IMG/VR virus record: IMGVR_UViG_3300032284_001308
Location: 1 to 58,421 of that record
DNA length: 58,421 nucleotides
Strand: one strand, 5' to 3'
DNA from: a virus
Lineage: Duplodnaviria; Caudoviricetes
Shown: positions 35,770-46,025 of the stretch, in pieces
Layout of the letters: each line of letters begins with the position of its first letter
Position numbering within the stretch: the first letter of the stretch is position 1
The notes under the pieces: model-generated
What the model was told of the DNA's origin: nothing
Database searches by the model: none
What the model saw: the letters and a program-made list of their open reading frames with translations, nothing else
Program-made: the position numbers and the translations under genes

Positions 35770-37383
35770 ATGGTCGGCGAGTACATACCACATATCGAGG
35801 ACTGGCCGCATCAAACGTATGCGGTCAGTGAATCGGTTCGGATGATCAACGAAGGGGCGACACGGTTTTGCGTGACAAGCCCGACAGGTGGGGGAAAGAG
35901 CCGAATCGTTCAGCGGTTGTGTGAGCACTACGTTGAGAATGGCAAGTCGGTCGTCGTGATGTCGAATCGTCGGCTGTTGACGGATCAACTGCTGAAGGGT
36001 TTGCACAAGAGCGGAATTCAAGTCGGTTGCCGTGCTGCTGATTTTGAATCGTGGACGGACGACTATGCTCCAGTTCAGGTTATTTCGGCACAGACTGAAG
36101 CGAGTCGGGTTCTTGAAGCAAGGCGGAAGCGTGGAGACGATATCCAGTTGCATCCAGCAGAACTCGTGTTAGTTGATGAAAGTCATTTACAAAAGGGCGA
36201 TCAGGCTATCGCCATTCTCAATGAGTACCATCAAAAGTATGGTGCGGTAATCGTAGGAATCACGGCAACTCCGTTAGGGATTGGACACATCTACAAGGAC
36301 GGGCTGATTGTCGCGGGTAACAATTCACAGTTGCGGGAGTGCGGTGCGTTGGTTTGGGCGAATCGTTTCGAGCCGTGCGTGATGGACCTGCACAAGATCA
36401 GGAAGTCACGAACTGGGATCGTATCGCAAGCGGCGGCAGAGAATGAGGCGAAGTCGATTTGGTCGCAGCATATCGTTGCGAACGTGCTGACCTCGTGGAA
36501 ACAGATGAATCCGCATGTTCGACCGTCAATCGGAATGGCTCCAGGTGTGAAAGAATCGCTCGGGCTGGCGATGGAATACTGGCGACATGGGATCAACGCC
36601 GCACACATCGACGCGGAAGGGATCTTTGTCAACGGGGCATACAAGCGGACCAACGATCAGCGTGATCGAGATGAACTGTTCGCGATGCTGAAAGATGGAA
36701 CCGTGCCGCAGATTTGGAATCGGTACGTGTTGCGGGAAGGGATCGATTTCCCGTGGTTATACATGCTCCAGCTTGCGACTCCGATTGCCGACATCAAGGG
36801 CTATTTGCAGACCTGCGGGCGAGTGCTTCGAGCGTTTCCCGGAAAGAAGATTGCGAAGATTGTCGATCATGCGGGATGTATTCGGATGCACGGTTCGCCG
36901 AACGATGATCGTGACGCGGATTGGAAACAATACTTTTTTGAGAATGACGAACAAAAGCTAACGAAGGATCGGCACGAACGGCTAACGAATCCAGCAAGCG
37001 ATGAACCACAGCCGATAACGTGCCCGAACTGCTCGCAAATCAGAGACGGCGGGGCGGTATGTCCTGCGTGTAAATTCGAGCATCCGAAGTCAGTCAGGAA
37101 GATCATCCAAGAGGATGGGACGCTGAAACCGGCGACAGGCGATGTTTACAAAAAACGTCGCGTGACAATGAAGCCGAACACGGAACAAATCTGGATCAGC
37201 GTTTATCACCGAATGAAGAACGCGAAAAATCCTAAGTCATTCAGGCAGGCGTTGGCATTGTTCAAGCGAGAGAACGGTTACTGGCCTCCGTCAGACCTTG
37301 GTTTTATGCCGAAAGATCCAAGTAATTTAAGCCGGAAAATCAAAGCTGTTCCACCAGATGAACTTCATTCAAGGAAGCAATAG
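35770..37383 (+). CDS. DEAD/DEAH-type SF2 helicase with C-terminal zinc finger
   Basis: PTGGGKS, DESH, TATP, EGIDFP, QTCGRVLR, CPNC..CPAC. Confidence 0.92.
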   Translation: MVGEYIPHIEDWPHQTYAVSESVRMINEGATRFCVTSPTGGGKSRIVQRLCEHYVENGKSVVVMSNRRLLTDQLLKGLHKSGIQVGCRAADFESWTDDYAPVQVISAQTEASRVLEARRKRGDDIQLHPAELVLVDESHLQKGDQAIAILNEYHQKYGAVIVGITATPLGIGHIYKDGLIVAGNNSQLRECGALVWANRFEPCVMDLHKIRKSRTGIVSQAAAENEAKSIWSQHIVANVLTSWKQMNPHVRPSIGMAPGVKESLGLAMEYWRHGINAAHIDAEGIFVNGAYKRTNDQRDRDELFAMLKDGTVPQIWNRYVLREGIDFPWLYMLQLATPIADIKGYLQTCGRVLRAFPGKKIAKIVDHAGCIRMHGSPNDDRDADWKQYFFENDEQKLTKDRHERLTNPASDEPQPITCPNCSQIRDGGAVCPACKFEHPKSVRKIIQEDGTLKPATGDVYKKRRVTMKPNTEQIWISVYHRMKNAKNPKSFRQALALFKRENGYWPPSDLGFMPKDPSNLSRKIKAVPPDELHSRKQ

Positions 37384-37616
37384 TGAACGACAGAAGCAAA
37401 CGCTCGCCATTCCGGGTAAACGTCGGTTCGCGGATCTATGCCGCGATGATCAAGAAGCAGTTGAATCACCCCGAACTCGGACGATTAGTCGGGCGAGGGC
37501 CGAAAGTTGTTTACGCGTGGACTGAGGGTTGGATCATGCCACGGTTGGATGTGTTTCCGAAGTTGTGCGAAGTGCTGGACGTGACGTGCGATCACTTGCT
37601 GGGGGTTGAGAAGTGA
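37383..37616 (+). CDS. XRE-family HTH protein
   Basis: ELGRLVG...VYAW..G...P...LCEVLDVTCDHLLG. Confidence 0.8.
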   Translation: MNDRSKRSPFRVNVGSRIYAAMIKKQLNHPELGRLVGRGPKVVYAWTEGWIMPRLDVFPKLCEVLDVTCDHLLGVEK

Positions 37617-38026
37617 AGCCATTTGAAGCATTAGCAATCGTCGTGATGTCGATGGTTCGTGACCGTGCGAAGTTCGACGCGGAATCGTTCTGTGAATCAA
37701 AGGCGGTCGTTACTGAGGTTATCGACGCTCCGACAGTTGCGATTCAGAAGGCACTGAAACAAGCTTTCGGGCTGGATTGGGACGGCAAGACGCCGTTGAG
37801 CGAGTTCATCATTGGAGAGTATCGAGACGATTGCATAGCCGAGAGGAACAGCCGTCTTTTCCGTAATCGGTTCAACGAAGTCGCAAAGGCTATCGAGTTC
37901 ATCGAAGGGCATCGACGGTTGCGAAACGTTGAACCGGACCAGCAGACGTTGGATCAGGTTGCACGGTGCAAAAAGATCATTAGCGGTGAGTTGTACGTGA
38001 GTGAAAACACAAAGGGAGCGGTATGA
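37613..38026 (+). CDS. Hypothetical protein
   Basis: Overlapping operonic ORF. Confidence 0.65.
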   Translation: MKPFEALAIVVMSMVRDRAKFDAESFCESKAVVTEVIDAPTVAIQKALKQAFGLDWDGKTPLSEFIIGEYRDDCIAERNSRLFRNRFNEVAKAIEFIEGHRRLRNVEPDQQTLDQVARCKKIISGELYVSENTKGAV

Positions 38027-38799
38027 CAGAAACGATATCAGAAATCATTGCGAGCCAGGATCAGACGGCGATTGTGCCGGGGAATTCACTGGTAAAAATT
38101 GCGATGGACAAAGGGTTTGACCTTGATCGTTTACAGCAGGTGATCGACATGCAGGAACGACAAGAGGCGAAAGCGGCAGAGCGTGAATATGTCGATGCTA
38201 TGAATCGATGTCAGGAGAAGATGCCGATTATTGTCCGCGACAAGGAAAACCAGTTGACGAAAAGTTCATACGCACGGCTCGAAACAGTCGCGGCGGCTAT
38301 TCGTCCGGTTTACACGTCGGAAGGGTTTACGCTGGAGTTCAGCGAGGGCGTGTCACCGTTGCCTAATCATCGGCGTGTATTGTGTCAGGTTCAGCATCGC
38401 GGCGGTCATAAGAAAGAGTTCCATCTCGATTCTCCGATTGACGACGTTGGAGCACAAGGCAAGGCAAACAAGACGGCAATTCAGGGACTTGGCTCGATGA
38501 TCAGCTATCTTCGACGGTATCTGACATTGATGATTTTCAACATCGTTGTTGCTGACGAGGACAACGACGGAAACGGTGCGAAAAACACGATCAGTGATGA
38601 AGCTGTCTCAACTCTTAACGGCATGATCGCCTCGTGCCGAGACGCTGGAAAACCAATCGATCACGAACGGTTCTTGCGAGCGGTCGGCGTTCAACCTGGG
38701 GGAGATCTTGGCGACATTCCGCAGAACAAGTTCCTTGTCGCGGTTGAGTTGTTGACGAAGAAGCTTTCGGCGAGAAAGGCCGATGCGGTGACGGCGTGA
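38023..38799 (+). CDS. ERF-family single-strand annealing protein
   Basis: YARLE, HRGGH, QGLGS.ISY.RRY, DEDNDG. Confidence 0.9.
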   Translation: MTETISEIIASQDQTAIVPGNSLVKIAMDKGFDLDRLQQVIDMQERQEAKAAEREYVDAMNRCQEKMPIIVRDKENQLTKSSYARLETVAAAIRPVYTSEGFTLEFSEGVSPLPNHRRVLCQVQHRGGHKKEFHLDSPIDDVGAQGKANKTAIQGLGSMISYLRRYLTLMIFNIVVADEDNDGNGAKNTISDEAVSTLNGMIASCRDAGKPIDHERFLRAVGVQPGGDLGDIPQNKFLVAVELLTKKLSARKADAVTA

Positions 38800-39410
38800 A
38801 AGTCATCGAGTGTGAGCAAAAGTCGAAAGAGTGGTGGGGCGCTCGCCGTGGTGTTCCAAGTGCCAGTGAGTTTCACAAGATCATCACTCCGAAAACCAAT
38901 AAGCCATCGGCACAGCAGGACGGATATATCTGCAAGCTGATTGCTGAGAAGTACGCAAACATCTGGCCGGATGAATCTGGATTCGTGTCGCCAGCGATGC
39001 AACACGGAATCGACAACGAGGAAGCGGCTCGGTTGTTTTATGAGTTCGATAACGATCTCGATGTGACGCAAGTCGGATTCTGTTTGTCAGACTGCGGGCG
39101 GTTTGGATGCAGTCCCGATGGACTTATCGGCGATGACGGCGGTTTGGAAATCAAGGTTCCTTCGCTCGAAACGCAGGCGAGGTACTTACTCGAAGGCGTG
39201 TTGCCTCCGGAGTATGCCTGCCAAGTCCACGGGAGTTTAGCGGTCACGGGCCGCAAATGGTGGGATTTTGTGAGCTACTCAGAACAGTTGCCCACGTTCA
39301 AGATCCGTGTGGAACCGGATGACTTCACGAAGCTATTGCATGACGAGGTTTTGAAGTTCGTCGAGAAGTATCGGCGAGCGTTGGAAGTGATCCAATCGAA
39401 AATGTGTTGA
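38796..39410 (+). CDS. YqaJ/lambda-exonuclease family nuclease
   Basis: Q.S.EW...R, SAS, GCSPDGL, LEIK.P, Q, WDFVSY. Confidence 0.93.
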   Translation: MKVIECEQKSKEWWGARRGVPSASEFHKIITPKTNKPSAQQDGYICKLIAEKYANIWPDESGFVSPAMQHGIDNEEAARLFYEFDNDLDVTQVGFCLSDCGRFGCSPDGLIGDDGGLEIKVPSLETQARYLLEGVLPPEYACQVHGSLAVTGRKWWDFVSYSEQLPTFKIRVEPDDFTKLLHDEVLKFVEKYRRALEVIQSKMC

Positions 39411-39611
39411 GTGTGCGTAAGCAAGTGCCTGACCAGACGGATGATTCGCGGCACTTCACGGCGTAGTTGGCGCTATGCCGTTCGTTTCTCAGCGATGTCA
39501 TCCGGGCTTGCAACCAATGCCAGTAGCGGGGGCGAGATTGGTCCTCTCGCCATAAGCGACCGACCTTACAAAAACGCATCGCCCGCAGTTTGAAAACACG
39601 AAGGGTTATGA

Positions 39612-40100
39612 ATGGAATCACAGGACGAGGTAAAGCGTATGTTCCCGCAGTTGGCGGTGACAAAGGTCGTGAAATCATCAACGACACTGACGACAACAGC
39701 GAAAGAAATTGAAGGCGTTAAAGGTTGTGTAGCGGCATGGTGGTTGCCAATCGGATTGACCAATGGAAACACCGGTCGCGGGTGGCATTGGGGATCGAAG
39801 CACAAGGAACGAAAAGCAATGGAATCGTTCCTGCGTGAATACTTCGGTGGGCAGCGAGTGCCGTTTGGGTTTCCAGTGTCGTTAGTAGTAACGCGGGTTC
39901 TCGGAAAGAATCAGCGGTTATGGGATAGCGATTCAGTTCTTCGCGGGAACTGGAAAGAGTTGCAGGACTCATTAGTGGCGGTCGGTTTTTTTCATGACGA
40001 CAGCCCGAAATGGATCAGCAACGTAATCGGACGGCAAGACGCAACGATGCGTGAATCGGGACCGGCAATCAACATCACGGTTATTAGGAGCGGAATGTGA
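39612..40100 (+). CDS. RusA-like Holliday junction resolvase
   Basis: D.DS...GN.K.LQD.LV..G..HDDS. Confidence 0.65.
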   Translation: MESQDEVKRMFPQLAVTKVVKSSTTLTTTAKEIEGVKGCVAAWWLPIGLTNGNTGRGWHWGSKHKERKAMESFLREYFGGQRVPFGFPVSLVVTRVLGKNQRLWDSDSVLRGNWKELQDSLVAVGFFHDDSPKWISNVIGRQDATMRESGPAINITVIRSGM

Positions 40101-40480
40101 CACGGGAAGAGACGGCGAAACTGATCGAGTGGTATCGAAGGAACCTGCCAGCGATGGAGGCATATCGGGATGGGGTATCGATTGAATATGAATCGCACGC
40201 TATCAACGAATGGTGTGACGCGACCGCTCCCGGATGGGCTAAGGATTACGAATACCGCATCAAGCCAGCCCCAAAACTTCGGCCATACAACCGGGAGGAG
40301 TGCGAGGCGTTGGTGGGGAAGCCGTTGCGATTTCTCGCTGAAACAGACAAGCGTATCAGCATTGTGAACACAGTTGTTGGGTTGATGACACATGTTGCAA
40401 CGTGCGGAAAATATTTGCCAGAAGAACTATTGCGGTTTTTCGAGCATCTCGACGGCCAACCATGCGGGGTGGTGGAATGA
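40097..40480 (+). CDS. Hypothetical protein
   Basis: YRIKP..LRPY, DGQPCG phage motif. Confidence 0.7.
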   Translation: MTREETAKLIEWYRRNLPAMEAYRDGVSIEYESHAINEWCDATAPGWAKDYEYRIKPAPKLRPYNREECEALVGKPLRFLAETDKRISIVNTVVGLMTHVATCGKYLPEELLRFFEHLDGQPCGVVE

Positions 40481-40842
40481 CAAAAACCACAGACCGCAGC
40501 AGGGGCATCAATCGTCGATTGCCAATGTCGGCGATACTGACGGCAGAGAAAGCGAAAGCGATCATCCTGCGTGCTATCGAAGGAACGACATCGACCGAGC
40601 TTGCGACTGAATACGGAGTTGCCGACAGTACGATTCGCAACATCCTACGCGGGCAGGGATGGGCTAAACATACGGTTGAGGAACGGAAGGCATATCGGGC
40701 TAAGTATGGGACTTATGAGCCTCGATGCTCACCAAGTTCGATCCCGAATAAGACTGCGAGAGCGGTTTCGCGCGTGCCATCGAGTGCGGCTTGGGTGATG
40801 GTTTACGGGCCGGATGATGACGATGACCGATATGAGGATTGA
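40477..40842 (+). CDS. HTH DNA-binding protein
   Basis: ELATEYGVADSTIRNILRG..W. Confidence 0.7.
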   Translation: MTKTTDRSRGINRRLPMSAILTAEKAKAIILRAIEGTTSTELATEYGVADSTIRNILRGQGWAKHTVEERKAYRAKYGTYEPRCSPSSIPNKTARAVSRVPSSAAWVMVYGPDDDDDRYED

Positions 40843-41126
40843 CCATGCCACGTCAAGGCGACGAGAGCGGCATCCCGTGCGAGTGCGGGGGGATGCTGTT
40901 AGACATTCTCGACACTAAGCCACAGAACGAACACGCGAGGGTGCTTAGAATCCGCGAGTGCGACACTTGCGGCGGTCGTCAAAACACACGCGAAACTAAG
41001 TTTGGTCCATTGCGTCCGGGAGTTAAGCGTATAGATACGGCAGACCTCGATGAATATGGTATGAAGCGGTCAGATTCTTTTGGGCAGCGGACGTTTTCTG
41101 AGTTATTATCTGCATCAGGAGACTAA
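40839..41126 (+). CDS. Zinc-ribbon protein (NrdR/Ogr-like), possible late regulator
   Basis: CECG...DT......R.RECDTCG.R..TRE. Confidence 0.6.
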   Translation: MTMPRQGDESGIPCECGGMLLDILDTKPQNEHARVLRIRECDTCGGRQNTRETKFGPLRPGVKRIDTADLDEYGMKRSDSFGQRTFSELLSASGD

Positions 41127-41128
41127 TC

Positions 41129-41557
41129 ATGTCAGCGATCAAACGCCACGCAGCAGCGATTGCCGAGCAGCCAACACGGGACGGCTACGGGTTCGCAATC
41201 TCGACGACGATCCTGCTGACGGTTGCGGAGTATGTGATTCCAGCAATCATCAAGTGCTGGATCAACAATCACGCGACGGCGGCGAACGCTGACCATGCCA
41301 GCGATCTGAAGTCTATCGCATCGGCTCAATGGATCGCGTCTCAACAAGAATACTCGACGTGGATTCTCGACCAGATGGAACCGCAGACACGGCACGCATT
41401 GCGACGGGCTGGAACGCGACATCCGAACGAGGATGAGATCAAAGCGTATTCGTCAGCGATTCTCGACGATGCACGGCTCGGGAACGTCGAGGACATTCGC
41501 GCGGACATCGGCGAGGTTCTGACGGAAGTGGCGACGGTCGATTTGGGGAATTCGTGA
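41129..41557 (+). CDS. Hypothetical protein with hydrophobic segment
   Basis: AGGAG RBS. Confidence 0.7.
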   Translation: MSAIKRHAAAIAEQPTRDGYGFAISTTILLTVAEYVIPAIIKCWINNHATAANADHASDLKSIASAQWIASQQEYSTWILDQMEPQTRHALRRAGTRHPNEDEIKAYSSAILDDARLGNVEDIRADIGEVLTEVATVDLGNS

Positions 41558-41748
41558 TGCCTATCTGCAATGTGTGCTCCGAAGACAAAGTCATTCAGAG
41601 TGGAGGAATGTGTCACGCTTGTTACGGAAGAAAATGGAGAGCGGCACACCCAGAAAATGTTGCAAAGCACAAGCAAACACAAGAAGAAAAATTGACAGGC
41701 ACGAAGCGACAACGCACGTTCCGTCGTAAATCGTGGCTAAATGGTTGA
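41554..41748 (+). CDS. Small zinc-finger protein
   Basis: CNVC...GMCHACY. Confidence 0.55.
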   Translation: MMPICNVCSEDKVIQSGGMCHACYGRKWRAAHPENVAKHKQTQEEKLTGTKRQRTFRRKSWLNG

Positions 41749-41769
41749 TATCAAAAAGGACGTTTGAAA

Positions 41770-42003
41770 ATGGCAGTAAGCAGCGAACAGATTTTGGATT
41801 TCCTGGCGGAAGTGAATAAGGATCTTCCGGAGGTCGTCGATTTCGTGAATGAGTTGGAATCGAATACGGCATTGAATGCGAAGTTGATTGCCGCGTTTCC
41901 ATTGTTGAAAACAGCCGAAGACGCATTGCCGATCATCCAAAGTCGAATCGGTTTTTTTCAGCGGTTTGCGGCTGCGATCCTGAAATTCTGGCCAGCGTCT
42001 TGA
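41770..42003 (+). CDS. Hypothetical protein
   Basis: AAGGA RBS. Confidence 0.65.
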   Translation: MAVSSEQILDFLAEVNKDLPEVVDFVNELESNTALNAKLIAAFPLLKTAEDALPIIQSRIGFFQRFAAAILKFWPAS

Positions 42004-42014
42004 AAGAGATTGAG

Positions 42015-42824
42015 ATGTCAACCGGACCAGTAACGCCGAAAACTGAACCGATAATCCAGCCGTGGATGAACACGTTGCTTGGATTGGCGGTCGCGGCGTA
42101 CACGGCATACGTTCACGCATCGATTCAGGTTGTCGTTCCGACTCCCGACGTGAAGCCCGCGCCGGTTGTCGATCCGCACGGACTGACGATCACGGACAGG
42201 CACGGCAACACGATCACGGACACGGTTGACGCTGGGCATCAGTTCACAATCGACGGGTCTGCGGGAACGACACTGACGCCAATTCCGAGCGTTGCTGACG
42301 ATGCCGATATCACTGAGGTCAGCGACTCCAGGCTGATTTGCACGATGCGAAACGGTTGCAAACTTCAGATCGTCGTGACGGGTGCGGGTAAACCTTCGGT
42401 AATCGCGGTGACGTGCAATCATGCTCCGAATCCTCCACCAGTCGATCCAGTGAAGCCGGTTGTTGATCCGACTCCGAAACCATCAGGGGCCGTTCGTGTC
42501 GTCATATTCAAGGACGCGTTAGGCAAAGCTCTCACGAAAGATCAGGTCGCGGCGATTGGTTCCACAAAGATGAAAGCGTTACTTGACGAGCGATGTGCTA
42601 AGGATGCGGCGGGGCTTCCGGCGTGGCACGTTTGGGATAAGGACATCACGCCACCAGACGCGTGGGCAAAATTGGTCACGGCGACACGATCAGAGATCGC
42701 ATCGAAGAATCTCGACTTTCCCATTCTGGCAATCGAGGTCGGTAACACGCTGCATCTGTATGAGATCACGAACGAGACTGCGGTTCTGAATACACTCAAT
42801 TCTGTATTCGGGGAGGCGACGTGA
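42015..42824 (+). CDS. Membrane-anchored/secreted Pro-rich protein
   Basis: N-terminal hydrophobic helix; PNPPPVDP linker. Confidence 0.7.
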   Translation: MSTGPVTPKTEPIIQPWMNTLLGLAVAAYTAYVHASIQVVVPTPDVKPAPVVDPHGLTITDRHGNTITDTVDAGHQFTIDGSAGTTLTPIPSVADDADITEVSDSRLICTMRNGCKLQIVVTGAGKPSVIAVTCNHAPNPPPVDPVKPVVDPTPKPSGAVRVVIFKDALGKALTKDQVAAIGSTKMKALLDERCAKDAAGLPAWHVWDKDITPPDAWAKLVTATRSEIASKNLDFPILAIEVGNTLHLYEITNETAVLNTLNSVFGEAT

Positions 42825-43588
42825 CCGAACTCGTTATCAACGACGATACGCATTGGCGAGAATACCACCCGCAGATACAGGGATTTGGTACAGGGTGGGA
42901 AAAAGCTGCGGACGTTGGCTATGGTGCGACAGCAGAGCCATTCCCGGACTCGTTGTTGTTGCCGTGGGATGAGATCAATCGACGGGCAGCGGAACGGGAA
43001 GCGACACAAACGCAACTGTCTCACAAGATTCGTGCGGCGGGGATGAAACCGCTCAATCAGCAAAACACGAATTTTTGCTTCGCGAACGCTCCGACAAATT
43101 GCGTCCGAATCTTGACGCTGTTGGCGAATCAACCGTTAGTCGAACTGTCTGCGGCGTCGGTTGGTTGCACGGTCACCGGATTCCGCAACGTCGGCGGATG
43201 GGCAAAAGACGCTCTCGATGTGATCCGAACGAAAGGCATCGTCCCGATTCAATACTGGCCATTGAACGCGATCAGCCAGCAATACAACACGACAGCGAAC
43301 TGGGCGAAAGCAGCGCCGTTCAAGGTCGATAAATGGATCGTGCTGGAGCAAGGAAACCTACAACAGCGGGCATCGTTGAACGTGCAAGATATTCCTGTCG
43401 CGGTCGCTTATGACTGGTGGGGTCACGAGGTTACTGGTTGCGATTACCTTCCCGATGGATCGTTCCGAGACTGGAACTCGTGGGGGCCAACATACGGCGA
43501 CAACGGTTTCTTCCTTGTGCAAGGTAATCGACGTGTATTCGCGGACGGAATCGCGGCGTTATCGGTCACAGGAGGGCTTTCGGTATGA
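42821..43588 (+). CDS. Papain-like (C1) cysteine peptidase
   Basis: Q..TNFCFA (Cys), WGH (His), NSWG..YG.NGF. Confidence 0.85.
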   Translation: MTELVINDDTHWREYHPQIQGFGTGWEKAADVGYGATAEPFPDSLLLPWDEINRRAAEREATQTQLSHKIRAAGMKPLNQQNTNFCFANAPTNCVRILTLLANQPLVELSAASVGCTVTGFRNVGGWAKDALDVIRTKGIVPIQYWPLNAISQQYNTTANWAKAAPFKVDKWIVLEQGNLQQRASLNVQDIPVAVAYDWWGHEVTGCDYLPDGSFRDWNSWGPTYGDNGFFLVQGNRRVFADGIAALSVTGGLSV

Positions 43589-43791
43589 GCAACCAAAAAC
43601 CATTCGGCGGCATCCTGTGCGGTGACGTGCTGTTCTATTACTGCCAGTTCAGCAATGTGAACGTGTCGTTCACGGCGAACTATCCAGCGGTGACGGTAGT
43701 GAATGGACTGTATACGCAAGTGATTAACGGTCGATCATCGCGCGGGGCTGACGTGATTGTTCCTGTCGGTAAGGTGCTCAGAAAAGAATGA
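43585..43791 (+). CDS. Hypothetical protein
   Basis: ATGA overlap. Confidence 0.5.
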   Translation: MSNQKPFGGILCGDVLFYYCQFSNVNVSFTANYPAVTVVNGLYTQVINGRSSRGADVIVPVGKVLRKE

Positions 43792-43848
43792 TCGAGGCGA
43801 CGAAAACGGCGGAACGGCTGATCGTGAAGTTTTGCAGGAGGCGGCAAC

Positions 43849-44817
43849 ATGCGGAAAACCATCGGAAATGTCGTGATAGGATTCACGATGTTTGCTTGCC
43901 AGTGCCTTGCTGCCGATCCGGTCGTGATCGTGCATCGCGGCTACGAAACGCAAGTCCACACGGCATCGAAACCGGACGTGATGCGGTACGCGGTCAAACT
44001 TCAGGCGGGGCATCGTGAGATGCTCGCAAGCGGCGTCAATGTCGCGGGCGGCATCGTGACGTGTGCCCATGTCGTTGATGGATTCAAAACATTCACGGTC
44101 GATTGTGACGGCGAGCGAGCGACGGCAACTGTCGCGCGGGTCGATAAAGAGCACGACCTCGCATTCATGACGGTCACATGGGCGAAACCGCATCCGGTCG
44201 CGGTGATTGCCACGAGCGGGCCAGCGGCGAAAGATACGATCCAATCTGCGGGACGGCATCGCGACGGGCTTCTGACGCTCGAATCGCACACGTATTTACG
44301 GACGGAAAACGGCGAGTATCTGTACTCGAATCCGCCACAAGAGGGACGCAGCGGAAGCGGAATCTTCAACGCGAACGGTCAGCTTGTCGGGATCGTGCTC
44401 GGGAAGATCGTTGACGAGGAGCCATTTATCGGGCGGTCGGCAACTGTTGAACAAATTCGCGGGATCGTTGGCGTTGGATCGTCCGGTTTAACCTGGGGAA
44501 CGGAATACAACGCGGCATTATTGGAGCGGTCGAAAGCGGAGAACAGGCCGATCCTGGTCATGCTCACGGCTAAATGGTGCATTCCCTGCAAGCAATTGAA
44601 GCAGACTCTCGAATCGATGGACCTGGACGGATATTTGCCGATCCTGATCGATACGGACGAGCAAAAGAACATAGCGGCGGCGTTTGGCGTTACGTCGATT
44701 CCGGTGATTCAGGTTGTCACACCAGACGCGAAGCTAGGCAAGCGGCTTGTCGGGAATCAATCGGCGGAAACATTGGAGAAAGAACTAACGGTCAGTGTCA
44801 CCCGCTCTAATAGGTAG
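43849..44817 (+). CDS. Secreted trypsin-like serine protease fused to thioredoxin
   Basis: Signal-like N-terminus; TCAHV, DLA, GRSGSG; WCIPC and SIP. Confidence 0.88.
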   Translation: MRKTIGNVVIGFTMFACQCLAADPVVIVHRGYETQVHTASKPDVMRYAVKLQAGHREMLASGVNVAGGIVTCAHVVDGFKTFTVDCDGERATATVARVDKEHDLAFMTVTWAKPHPVAVIATSGPAAKDTIQSAGRHRDGLLTLESHTYLRTENGEYLYSNPPQEGRSGSGIFNANGQLVGIVLGKIVDEEPFIGRSATVEQIRGIVGVGSSGLTWGTEYNAALLERSKAENRPILVMLTAKWCIPCKQLKQTLESMDLDGYLPILIDTDEQKNIAAAFGVTSIPVIQVVTPDAKLGKRLVGNQSAETLEKELTVSVTRSNR

Positions 44818-44893
44818 CGGCGACGGATCTGAGGATCGGACCGAGCCGTGATTAGGTGGGACTTTCGCGGCTGAATTTGAGGGGGAGTGAGAA

Positions 44894-45301
44894 ATGTTGG
44901 ATTCACTATTAGCGTTCATGGGATTAAGAATGAGACCATCACAGGGCGACATCGACCGCGACCAGGAATCGCCGTTGGTGGTCGGGTTGCGTGCGACGAT
45001 GACGACGCAGAAGGAATCCATCGAGTTCTGGCAGAAGGAAGCGAAACAACTCGACTTCGATCTCAAGGACAAGGAAACAGAAAACGCCAAACTCCGAAAC
45101 GCACTCACAAACGCGGACAAGTGCGAGCGTGTGAGGCTGGAGCAATTGCGGGAAATACAAGCGGCGAACGATGCCTTAGTGTCAGCACTCGACGACATTG
45201 CCGAACGTGCGAAATCCGTCAAGAGCAGTATCGACGGAATAGCGGTTGAGCCTTATGATACGCGGGGAATTATCGACACTAAGAGTTATGGAAGCGACTG
45301 A
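44894..45301 (+). CDS. Coiled-coil hypothetical protein
   Basis: GGAG RBS, heptads. Confidence 0.65.
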   Translation: MLDSLLAFMGLRMRPSQGDIDRDQESPLVVGLRATMTTQKESIEFWQKEAKQLDFDLKDKETENAKLRNALTNADKCERVRLEQLREIQAANDALVSALDDIAERAKSVKSSIDGIAVEPYDTRGIIDTKSYGSD

Positions 45302-45404
45302 TCGAACCTCTTTTACACACAGTTAGGGGGTGATCGTGAATCTGTGGACGTGGTGGCGAACTCTTGCTGCCGACATTTGGACTCTACGACAAAGGACGAA
45401 TCAG

Positions 45405-45638
45405 ATGAGCGAAGTTGTTACAGCACTCAAAGCCGAATTCGAAGCCTACAAAGCCGACGTTGATAAGCGAGATAACGACCGACTCGCAAAAATCACTGAC
45501 CTTGGTGATACAATCGCTTCCCTCGAAAGCAAGATCGCGAACCTGCCATTGCCGGAAGTCGAAGTCGCCGAAGTTCAGGCGGTCCTCGAAGAAGTCAAAA
45601 CGGCACACGCGGCACTGAATCCAGCCGAACCGGCGTAA
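45405..45638 (+). CDS. Coiled-coil hypothetical protein
   Basis: AAGGA RBS (longer GTG start 45330 possible). Confidence 0.65.
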   Translation: MSEVVTALKAEFEAYKADVDKRDNDRLAKITDLGDTIASLESKIANLPLPEVEVAEVQAVLEEVKTAHAALNPAEPA

Positions 45639-45652
45639 TCCTTCCGCTGTTT

Positions 45653-45670
45653 TGTATAAAATTTTAGACA
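45653..45670. repeat. 18-bp palindrome variant TGTATAAAATTTTAGACA (copy 4)
   Basis: One mismatch to core; intergenic. Confidence 0.85.
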
Positions 45671-45686
45671 TTTGCAGGGCCGCAAC

Positions 45687-46025
45687 ATGGCTGAAGAACA
45701 ACATGCCGTTATCGTCGATTCATTTTCACCGTGGGAACGTCGGTTAGAGAAGCACGGCTGGCCGACATTGCTGCTGCTTATTGTCGGGCTTGTCGCGTGG
45801 CGGTTTTCGGACTGGTTTCAGCCGAAAGTAGACGAAGCGATCACAAAGCACTTCACGTTCATGGAAGCCGTCAAGAATACGCAGGAAAAACAGGCAGAAA
45901 ACGGGTCTGTTCTCGCAACTCAACAAACCAAGATCGGCGATATTCTGGAGAGACAGGAACGCCGAACAGAAGAAATGGCCGACAGGATCAAGGACGTTCA
46001 CAAAACACTCGTTAAGCCGAACTAA
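45687..46025 (+). CDS. Single-TM plus coiled-coil protein, holin-like candidate
   Basis: HGWPTLLLLIVGLVAW. Confidence 0.55.
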   Translation: MAEEQHAVIVDSFSPWERRLEKHGWPTLLLLIVGLVAWRFSDWFQPKVDEAITKHFTFMEAVKNTQEKQAENGSVLATQQTKIGDILERQERRTEEMADRIKDVHKTLVKPN

